A DNA stretch of 64,000 nt, from NCBI GenBank assembly GCA_947259885.1, contig CAMYNW010000021.1, forward strand, positions 8,836 to 72,835, given 5' to 3'. Positions within the stretch are counted from its first letter, which is position 1; every line of letters begins with the position of its first letter. A model generated the notes under the pieces. The model was given only the letters and a program-made list of their open reading frames with translations, ran no database searches and was not told the DNA's origin. This DNA comes from an uncultured Gammaproteobacteria bacterium (GTDB taxonomy: Bacteria; Pseudomonadota; Gammaproteobacteria; Arenicellales; Poriferihabitantaceae). The translations under genes were made by a program, and so were the position numbers. Shown here one piece after another: positions 7,580 to 15,450 of this stretch.

Positions 7580-9007
7580 ATGTTGTTCGATACGACACGA
7601 TTGTTGATTGCAATTGGTCTTCTGATTATCTTTACTACTGTAATTGGATTGTGGAACTGGGCGCATCTGCGAATTGTGCGCATACGCAGTCGTCATCGAA
7701 AGTGGCCGATGGAAGTTTGGAACGGTAAGGCAACCTTATTGTATTTCAGCACCAAGAATTGTGTCGTGTGTAAATATCAACAGGCCAAAGAGATTGAAAA
7801 AATACGCGAATTATTTTCGAAAGATTTGCTTGATATTAAAAAGCTTGATGCACTCGAACAACCAGAACTTGCGAAACTATTTGGCGTAATGAATGTCCCG
7901 ACCACCGTAATAATTGATGGTCAAGGTAATTTGCACGCATTTAACGCAAATCTGGCGAAGGTGAAGGAGCTCACGCAACAGATTAAGGGTAGCATTGGTG
8001 CGTGTGAGCCGGTGAGACAGAGCTCGATACTGGATCCGGATAAAACTGAAGAAGTAGTTATTGTGGGATCCGGTCCAGCAGGATGGACAGCTGCGATCTA
8101 TGCAGCAAGGGCTCAACTTGCACCATTGGTGTTTGTTGGCGTGGGTGACAAGTTCATGATTCCTGGTGGGCAATTAATGTGGACCACAGAAGTTGAAAAT
8201 TTTCCTGGTTGGCCTGAAGGAATCGAGGGGCCAGCGTTGATGGAGAAGCACCAGGAGCAGGCTATGCATTGGGGGGCGCGGGTTATGGAAACCGATATCG
8301 TTAATATCGATGCCAGTAAAAGGCCTTTCGAGCTTACCGACTCTGATGACAATCTAGTAAAAGCTCAGGCGGTCATAATCGCAACCGGAGCGCGTACTCG
8401 CTGGCTTGGCCTGGAAAACGAGGAGCGCCTGGCACGGAGTGGAGGCGGTGTATCTGCTTGCGCGACATGTGATGGACCAATGCCAATATTTCGTGATCAA
8501 GTAGTAGCGGTAATAGGCGGCGGTGATACTGCTCTTGAGGAAGCACTTCAACTCACAAACTTTGCCAGTCGGGTTCACATCATCAATATCACGCCAGAAC
8601 TTACTGCGAGTCAGGTAATGTGTGACCGCGCGCGCGATAATCAGAAAATTGAATTTCACTTCAACAAAACGGTTATTGATGTGATTGGTGAAGACAGAGT
8701 GGATGGATTGCGTATTCATGATGTCAGCGACAATACTGAATCAACTATGCCAGTGAAAGGATTGTTTGTGGCGATAGGGCATATTCCCAACACCGATTTT
8801 CTTAGGGATATCATGGAACTTGATGAGAATGGATATGTTGTCGTCAAGAAAGCGTTTAGGACCAATACAAGCGTGGATGGTATTTTTGCCGCAGGCGATG
8901 TTATAGACCCAAATTATCGCCAGGCAATAACATCTGCCGGTACTGGATGTATGGCGGCGATGGACGTTGAGCGTTGGTTACAACGTTCGCACGTCGCTTT
9001 GGTTTAA
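7580..9007 (+). CDS. Membrane-anchored thioredoxin-like domain fused to a low-Mr thioredoxin reductase
   Basis: 475 aa with an AAGGA SD. There is an N-terminal TM helix followed by a basic stretch (RIVRIRSRHRK). The Trx-fold segment has CVVC (7760-7771). The TrxB part has GSGPAGWTAAIYAAR (FAD), redox-active CATC (8459-8470), GGGDTALEEA, and the C-terminal GDV..YRQAITSAGTGCMAA. Confidence 0.85.
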   Translation: MLFDTTRLLIAIGLLIIFTTVIGLWNWAHLRIVRIRSRHRKWPMEVWNGKATLLYFSTKNCVVCKYQQAKEIEKIRELFSKDLLDIKKLDALEQPELAKLFGVMNVPTTVIIDGQGNLHAFNANLAKVKELTQQIKGSIGACEPVRQSSILDPDKTEEVVIVGSGPAGWTAAIYAARAQLAPLVFVGVGDKFMIPGGQLMWTTEVENFPGWPEGIEGPALMEKHQEQAMHWGARVMETDIVNIDASKRPFELTDSDDNLVKAQAVIIATGARTRWLGLENEERLARSGGGVSACATCDGPMPIFRDQVVAVIGGGDTALEEALQLTNFASRVHIINITPELTASQVMCDRARDNQKIEFHFNKTVIDVIGEDRVDGLRIHDVSDNTESTMPVKGLFVAIGHIPNTDFLRDIMELDENGYVVVKKAFRTNTSVDGIFAAGDVIDPNYRQAITSAGTGCMAAMDVERWLQRSHVALV

Positions 9008-9162
9008 CGGCTCACGGATAAGTCGGAACAAGGGTTTGGGGTCAAAGTAAAAACTCTTAGGATGAGATATGGAAATCTACTTCGAGGCCAAAGCATTAAT
9101 ATGCGGTTGATTTTGTGTTGAGCGGATGTCAGTGCGCTTCTTACTCTGACCCTTTTCCAGTG

Positions 9163-10287
9163 TTATGCCGCGGGCTGGTGCTGCGTCACGCAGTGGACTG
9201 CTCCGCCTTCGGCAGTGAGTGTAACCACCGGAATCGGGACGATTTCCCGATCTGGAAAACAATCGCCCAGAGTTTCGATTGACTGGCTATCTTGGGCGTT
9301 GCCAAATGCGGGCATCAACACGAGGTTGTTAGTGACTAAATAATTTAAATAGCTGGCGTCGGTAAAATGACTGCCAGCACCAAGTGCGGGATCGTGTCGG
9401 TCACCTATTGTAAATACACCGCCTTTGGGCAGGTTTAATGGAATTAATGTCAGTGGACTGCCGTCTTCATCGGTCGAACATTCCAGTTCCTCACGATGTT
9501 TGACAAGGTATGGGTAGCGAGGATCACTGTTGTCGTCTGTCCAGGCATATAGCACTTTATTTTTACCCACAAACCGCGCGGCAATATCGATGTGATAATC
9601 GGTGCCATCACCCAGTTCTTGTTCACAGACATCCGGCGGTGCACCGGATAGCCAGATAACATGATTTACGCCTAGGAATTCACTCAGCACTTTCTCAATA
9701 TCCATTTGATTCAATCCCGGATTTCGATTGTCATTGATGATGGAACTGCGTGTCGCCATCAGGCTGCCCGTTCCGTTGACCTCTATAGCGCCACCTTCAG
9801 ATACCAGGGGAGATACAAAAACCGGCAGATCTAAAATATCTGCGACGGTTTGAGGGATGTGTTTTTCCGCTTTGCCCCAATCCGAATACGAACCCCAACC
9901 ATTAAAATTCCAATCAGTGATCGCCAGGTTTCCCTGGCCATCGATGACAAAAATCGGGCCGGAATCACGATGCCATACATCAACGGTTTGCGTGACATAA
10001 ACGTAGATCTTGTCCATGTTGAAGCCGTAATAGTCCATCGCATCCAGAATATGCTTCCGGTGTACCTCACTCTGCGCCAGGATCTGCACGTCAACGTGCT
10101 GGTGGATTTCCCTAGACATGAGCAGCCAGGTCTTCTCCATCTTCATTTGATAGGAAAAATCCGTGCAATCGGTGGCTTTGGGGTATTTGCCAGGCCATTG
10201 CAGCCAAACTGCGGTTTGCGCCTCCCATTCCGCCGGCATTCGATAGCCGAGTTCTCTTGGCGTTGCGCTTTCGACAATGTTTGCCAT
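9163..10287 (-). CDS. aguA: Agmatine deiminase
   Basis: 374 aa. N-terminal YRMPAEWE..WLQWP, and C-terminal GGAVHCVTQHQP containing the catalytic Cys typical of agmatine deiminase. It starts 3 nt after the aguB stop. Confidence 0.9.
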   Translation of the reverse strand: MANIVESATPRELGYRMPAEWEAQTAVWLQWPGKYPKATDCTDFSYQMKMEKTWLLMSREIHQHVDVQILAQSEVHRKHILDAMDYYGFNMDKIYVYVTQTVDVWHRDSGPIFVIDGQGNLAITDWNFNGWGSYSDWGKAEKHIPQTVADILDLPVFVSPLVSEGGAIEVNGTGSLMATRSSIINDNRNPGLNQMDIEKVLSEFLGVNHVIWLSGAPPDVCEQELGDGTDYHIDIAARFVGKNKVLYAWTDDNSDPRYPYLVKHREELECSTDEDGSPLTLIPLNLPKGGVFTIGDRHDPALGAGSHFTDASYLNYLVTNNLVLMPAFGNAQDSQSIETLGDCFPDREIVPIPVVTLTAEGGAVHCVTQHQPAA

Positions 10288-10290
10288 GGT

Positions 10291-11181
10291 TTATCTGGTT
10301 TTGACCATAATATCGCCGTCCAGCGACATGATCGGACCGTAGTGCTCCGGCCGACGATCCCTGAACAAACACCAGCGATCTCGATGTTCTGCAATTGCAT
10401 CCAGATCGAATTGATGGGCCAAGACCATGGAATCATTGCGATTGGCTTCCGATACTTTTTGTCCTAAGTGATTACATATGAAGGAGGAACCGTAAAATGT
10501 GAGATGTTGATCTCCTTTGGAAGAGGATTCTGTTCCGATCCGGTTTGATGCCACTACCGGCATGATATTCGCGGCCGCATGACCCTGCATAACGGCTTGC
10601 CAGTGAGGTGCTGAGTCATGTTCTATTTCTAATTCTGAGCCTATTGCGGTGGGGTAAAGCAGTACTTCCGCGCCTAAGAGCGCCATACATCGGGCGGTTT
10701 CCGGAAACCATTGGTCCCAGCATATGCCCAATCCCACTTTACCGTAACGTGTATTCCATACCTTAAAGCCGGTATTGCCGGGAGAGAAATACTGTTTCTC
10801 CTGATAGCCGACATCGTTTGGAATATGCGTCTTGCGGTAGACGCCCAGAATCGTTCCGTCGGCATCAATCATCGCCACCGAGTTGAAATAAACTTTTCCC
10901 GCTCTCTCAAACCAGCTTACCGGCAGTACCATTTGCAGTTCCTCTGCAAGTTTTGAAAACCTCTGAATGGTTGGATTCGCATCTAATGTGCTTGCCAGCG
11001 TTAAATGTTTGGTATCCTGTTCAATGCAAAAATAGGGCGTTTCAAACAGTTCCTGAATAAGGGTGATTTGGGCACCCTGGGATGCGGCTTCACGCACAAG
11101 TTGCTCGGCTCGGTCCACATTGTCCTGAATGTTCCAGTCGCAATGCATTTGTGTGGCAGCAAGGGTTACCAGTCTAGTCAT
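10291..11181 (-). CDS. aguB: N-carbamoylputrescine amidase (CN-hydrolase family)
   Basis: 296 aa with nitrilase-superfamily strings: LIQELFETPYFC, YRKTHIP, GLGICWDQWFPE (catalytic Cys). Forms an operon with aguA. Confidence 0.9.
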   Translation of the reverse strand: MTRLVTLAATQMHCDWNIQDNVDRAEQLVREAASQGAQITLIQELFETPYFCIEQDTKHLTLASTLDANPTIQRFSKLAEELQMVLPVSWFERAGKVYFNSVAMIDADGTILGVYRKTHIPNDVGYQEKQYFSPGNTGFKVWNTRYGKVGLGICWDQWFPETARCMALLGAEVLLYPTAIGSELEIEHDSAPHWQAVMQGHAAANIMPVVASNRIGTESSSKGDQHLTFYGSSFICNHLGQKVSEANRNDSMVLAHQFDLDAIAEHRDRWCLFRDRRPEHYGPIMSLDGDIMVKTR

Positions 11182-11308
11182 AATGTCAATTCCGGTCAGA
11201 TATCGGCCAATTGAGCCTGGGTAATGATTGGATTATATAGAGCAGGTTTTGGGTCAGAGCAATAGTTATCAGTATATTTTGTGATCTGTGAAAGTCAGGG
11301 TGTTGCAT

Positions 11309-12096
11309 TCTGTCTCCCGTCTTATACACGCGACCTTCTGAATCAGGGACTTCAGGTAATTGATCCGCACCTACAAAGCTTCGCTCAGTCTCTTCGTCCC
11401 TATTCCAGTAACCGGGGCTAAGTCCAATACCAGCAATATACAGCTCTCCTTCAACACCTATAGGTGTGAGATAGCCCAGCGGGTCAAGAACCTAGTGTCG
11501 ATAGTTAGCTATTGGCTTACCGATTGGCGCTGATGTCATATGCTCAAGCAGGTCGACCGCAGTGGAAATAATCGTAGTTTCGGTGGGGCCATAGCTATTT
11601 AGCAGTCTGACTTTCCCTTTTGTCGCGGCATGCCAGAGTTTCAGATACTCTGACTTCACAGCTTCTCCGCTAATCATTAGGGTATGTACACTTGGCGCAA
11701 GTGGCTGCGCATCGAGTCGCTCCGTTAAAACGCTGAAAAATGCGGTAGGCAAACTAAGGCGCGAAATCTCCATGTCGATAATACGCTCGAGCAGCCTGTC
11801 CGGATCGATCATATCTTCAGTCCGCAGTACGAGCGTCGCGCCTGATCCCAGCGTCACAAAAATATCCTCTACGGAGAAGTCGAAGGCCAGGGATGCGAAT
11901 TGAAGATGCCGATCACTCGGTTGTATCCCGCTGACATCGCCAAAACCGTGGACGTAATTGGACAGGCTTTGATGTTTAATGGGTACACCTTTGGGTACCC
12001 CCGTACTCCCAGATGTATACATGATGTAAGCAAGCTGTTGTGGGTGAACCTCTACAGATGGATTCTGTGTTGAGCAAGAATCAATTATATCGCCTG
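11309..12096 (-). pseudogene. Relic of an NRPS/AMP-binding adenylation domain, truncated at both ends and carrying an internal in-frame TAG
   Basis: Core motifs appear in order: LAYIMYTSGSTGVPKG (A3), SAFDFSVEDIF, NSYGPTETT (A5), IGKPIANYRH-TAG(11492-11494)-VLDPLGYLTPIGVEGELYIAGIGLSPGYWNRDEETERSF (A6), RVYKTGDRM (A7). There is no start codon (upstream stop at 12097-12099), and similarity stops after TGD. Confidence 0.75.
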
Positions 12097-12317
12097 TTTA
12101 GTGTTAGGCACGCGGCATCAGATTTTCGCGCCTCCGTTGCAGTAACGCTTGCTGTTTGGTCGGAGCCATACGTCTGTTCAGAGGATGCTCTGCGAGAACG
12201 GTTGTAATATAGCTAAACTGGCGCAACAGTTACCGAAATTATTGATATGTTTCTTGATCGAAACACTGAAAACTGAGCATACTCGAGTTTTGGCTTCTCA
12301 GCATTTATTTTTTCTGG

Positions 12318-13298
12318 ATGTCCACCACTGTTACTAAATCGCGTTATTGGATGTTTATCGTGGCCGTCATGGCAGTGACAATTGGACTAACAACTCCGGT
12401 TTATAGCAGCGGCTATCCCCCGGTCAATGTCGACATGCAAGCCCGACAGGTCTCTCAGCACGTCTATTATGTGCAAGGCGTTCCGAGGGTCGCCACAGCT
12501 AATGCCGGATTTGTCTCCAATTCATCGTTTGTCGTCACTGAGCAGGGAGTAGTTGTATTTGACACACTGGGAACGCCGTCACTTGGCGCGAAGCTGCTTG
12601 AAGTCATACGTGAAATAACGGAAAAGCCAATTGTTCGCGTATACATCAGTCACTATCATGCGGACCACATGTACGGCAACCAGATTTTCCACGATCTTGG
12701 TGCGGAAATTGTAGCGCCCGAAGGGGCCGTGAGATACCTGTCCGGCGAAGACTCACAACGGCGACTGAAGGAGCGTAAGATCAGCCTGACGCCCTGGGTA
12801 AATGAATCAACTCGAGTAATACATCCCGACAGGTACCTTTACTCAGAAGAAGTTTTCACGCTCGGGGGGGTAACCATGCGCGCGGTTAATGTCGGCAGCG
12901 CACATTCTGACGGTGACATGATACTGTTTGTGGAAAGCGACTCGGTCCTGCTTTCGGGTGATATCATTTTTGAAAACCGGATTCCTTTTCTGGGTTCATC
13001 CAATACCAGGGAATGGCTTGAAATTCTTGACCAGCTGGCTGATTCAGACGCCACGACGATAATTCCTGGCCACGGACCAGCGGCGGTTGATCCCGGGAAA
13101 ATCGTTAGCCTTACCCGTCGCTACCTTTCATACGTTCGACAGGTTATGGCCACGGCCGTCGAAGAATGGGTTCCCTTTGACGAGGCATACGAAAATGCTG
13201 ACTGGACGGACTTTATCGACTATCCGGCGTTCATCGAGGCTAACCGGCAAAATGCCTATGGCGTTTACCTGTCCATGGAACAGGAGTCGCTGGAATAA
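12318..13298 (+). CDS. Secreted MBL-fold metallo-hydrolase
   Basis: 326 aa with an N-terminal hydrophobic signal (MFIVAVMAVTIGLTTPVYSS), the HxHxDH motif (SHYHADHMYG) and later SAHSDGD and PGHG. Confidence 0.8.
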   Translation: MSTTVTKSRYWMFIVAVMAVTIGLTTPVYSSGYPPVNVDMQARQVSQHVYYVQGVPRVATANAGFVSNSSFVVTEQGVVVFDTLGTPSLGAKLLEVIREITEKPIVRVYISHYHADHMYGNQIFHDLGAEIVAPEGAVRYLSGEDSQRRLKERKISLTPWVNESTRVIHPDRYLYSEEVFTLGGVTMRAVNVGSAHSDGDMILFVESDSVLLSGDIIFENRIPFLGSSNTREWLEILDQLADSDATTIIPGHGPAAVDPGKIVSLTRRYLSYVRQVMATAVEEWVPFDEAYENADWTDFIDYPAFIEANRQNAYGVYLSMEQESLE

Positions 13299-13421
13299 TG
13301 CTTCTTCCCCTCTGAGCACGCCACCTTAAAACTATATGGGTGAACAGAGGGGGTTGTTCTGACATAGAATTCACGATGTCTGTCTTAAAGTAGAAGCCAA
13401 AATATTTAGACGAGCAAAACA

Positions 13422-14393
13422 ATGGAAACAATACGTTTCAGTCTTTCGGTTTTCGTAGCGTTGATTCTGGTTGCGATAACCCATACCGCCATAGCGGACA
13501 ACGTGAAAATTACGCCGCTGGGGAGCCACGATGGGGAATTCTGTAGATTTGACCGGGCAATGGTTTTGGAAGATCCGGATGGCACCCGGCTTCTATATGA
13601 CGCAGGTCGCACAGTAGCCGGTCCAGAGGATCCTCGACTCGGTAAGATTGATGTGATTTTGCTCAGCCACATGCATGGTGACCATGTTGGTGACCAGCAC
13701 ATAGCTGAAGTGAACGCAGGCGAGTGCGGCAAACCGGATTTCACCATGAAAGCGGCGCCGAATACGAACACGGTCAACATTGCGCTTGGTAAAAATGCAG
13801 CGATTATCACCGGTAGCGACATGCCGCGTTTTTTTGCCGCAAAACTTAAGGCCCTTGATGGTGATCCCAAAGCTTCTCAACTGGTGCGCTTCGGCGCCTC
13901 GCGCCAAGTTGGGGGCGTTTCGATCGCTACTGTTCCTGCTGTACACACAAACGGGGTTAATCCAGCCTTTATTGGGGGCGATCTAGGCGACATGCTGAGT
14001 GCGGCAGGGCTCGAGATTTCTGCCGGTCCGCCGACTGGTTATGTGCTGACTTTTTCTAACGGGTTAGTGGTCTACCTGTCGGGTGACACAGGCATTACAG
14101 CCGAACAGGATGCTGTGGTTCGGAGACACTACAATGCCAAACTTGCTGTCATCAATATCGGCGATACTTTTACGACCGGACCAACCGAAGCAGCTTTTGT
14201 AATTAACGAACTGATTAAGCCGAACTCGGTGATTCCTTCGCATGCCAACGAAATAGCAACCAGAAGTGGCAAAGTTATCGAGGGCTCAAAGACAGAGGCG
14301 TTCATTTCGAGTACAAGCATACCTGTGCATCTGCCTTTGAGTGGTCGCACCATGGAGTTTGACGGCAACGGTGGTTGTGTGTCCGGCTGTTGA
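13422..14393 (+). CDS. Secreted MBL-fold metallo-hydrolase (second, non-paralogous-looking copy)
   Basis: 323 aa with a signal peptide (FSLSVFVALILVAITHTAIA) and an HxHxDH motif (SHMHGDHVGD). Confidence 0.8.
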   Translation: METIRFSLSVFVALILVAITHTAIADNVKITPLGSHDGEFCRFDRAMVLEDPDGTRLLYDAGRTVAGPEDPRLGKIDVILLSHMHGDHVGDQHIAEVNAGECGKPDFTMKAAPNTNTVNIALGKNAAIITGSDMPRFFAAKLKALDGDPKASQLVRFGASRQVGGVSIATVPAVHTNGVNPAFIGGDLGDMLSAAGLEISAGPPTGYVLTFSNGLVVYLSGDTGITAEQDAVVRRHYNAKLAVINIGDTFTTGPTEAAFVINELIKPNSVIPSHANEIATRSGKVIEGSKTEAFISSTSIPVHLPLSGRTMEFDGNGGCVSGC

Positions 14394-14513
14394 ACCAAAT
14401 CATAGCGGATGCAAAGCTTGCATGGCGACGAAATAGGCCGATTCGAGAAGTTGTTATTTTACAGCGACCCATGCCCCGTTTGAACGATACGGTTCACAGG
14501 TTGTTGATGCAGC

Positions 14514-15449
14514 TTATATGGTTTCGATAAGACCAATCATTTTTTGCCGCGTCGGTTCATCCGGCAGACGTCCGAAACCTGCTCCCATATTGTCGACCAT
14601 ATGCTTTAACTTTGAGGTGGCCGGGATAATGCAGGTCACAGCGGGGTGAGCCGCGATAAACTTCAGAAAAAACTGCCCCCAGCTGGCGCAATCGATTTCC
14701 GACGCCCATGCAGGTAACGGCTTGCCGCGCACCTTGCGAAACAGGCTGCCGCGCTGATAGGGCCGATTGATCAGCGTCGCGATACCGCGTTCCTGCGCGA
14801 TCGGCAACAGGCGTTGTTCCGCGGTCCGATTGAGGATGTTGTAGCTGAACTGCACGAAATCCAGCGGCTGGTTTTGCAGTAAGGTTTCGAGTTCGTCGTG
14901 GTAACGCCCATGAGAAGTGGTAATACCGATGTAGCGGATTTTACCCTGCGCCTTCCAGTCGATTAGGGTATCGAGATGTGTCTGCCAGTCGAGCAGGTTG
15001 TGGATCTGCATCAGGTCTATTCGATCGACGCCGAGACGTTGCATAGATTGCTTCATCTGGCGGATGCCCTGGTCCTTGCCGTTGGTCCAGACCTTGGTCG
15101 CGGTGAAGAGCTCCTGTTTGCCGTCTATTTTTTCCAGCAGTGCTCCAGTAACCGATTCTGCGTTGCCGTACATCGGCGAAGAATCGATCAGCTGACCGCC
15201 CCTGTCGAAAAAAGCCTGCATGACCTCGACTAATGGCGAACTAGCGGCGCCTCCGATGTCGACGTCGAAGGTGCGGGAGGTCCCGAGGCCGATCACCGAG
15301 ATTGGCTCTCCGCTTGACGGAATCATTTTCTTGATGGCGACTGGTTCCATTGCGACGGTATAAGCCGGTGCAAACGTGCAAGCCAGCGACGCTGCACAAG
15401 TGGATTTAAGGAATTTACGGCGGGTAAAATCATTTTCGAATTTGCTCAT
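14514..15449 (-). CDS. Aldo/keto reductase with a twin-arginine (Tat) signal peptide
   Basis: AKR-typical body (GLGTSRTF, DSSPMYGNAE, ATKVW, IDLMQIHN, RYIGITT). The N-terminus MSKFENDFTRRKFLKSTCAASLACTFAPAYTVA matches the Tat consensus S/T-R-R-x-F-L-K. I prefer the ATG at 15449 (1 nt after the upstream gene's stop) over the track's start at 15506. Confidence 0.8.
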   Translation of the reverse strand: MSKFENDFTRRKFLKSTCAASLACTFAPAYTVAMEPVAIKKMIPSSGEPISVIGLGTSRTFDVDIGGAASSPLVEVMQAFFDRGGQLIDSSPMYGNAESVTGALLEKIDGKQELFTATKVWTNGKDQGIRQMKQSMQRLGVDRIDLMQIHNLLDWQTHLDTLIDWKAQGKIRYIGITTSHGRYHDELETLLQNQPLDFVQFSYNILNRTAEQRLLPIAQERGIATLINRPYQRGSLFRKVRGKPLPAWASEIDCASWGQFFLKFIAAHPAVTCIIPATSKLKHMVDNMGAGFGRLPDEPTRQKMIGLIETI

Positions 15450-15450
15450 T

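Noticed and set aside
9850-10467. 205-aa plus-strand ORF across the aguA/aguB junction
   Set aside because: It is antisense to two confidently identified genes and has no motif of its own.
11492-11494. In-frame stops in the NRPS relic (TAG at 11492-11494) and the Usp gene (TAA 38597, TGA 38861) as possible stop-codon recoding (Sec/Pyl or altered code)
   Set aside because: All three stop types are involved. Both genes also lack start codons or termini, and neighbouring genes terminate normally on the same codons. Decay is the simpler explanation.
13406-13870. 154-aa minus-strand ORF inside the second MBL hydrolase gene
   Set aside because: Antisense shadow. The plus-strand frame carries the HxHxDH motif and a signal peptide.
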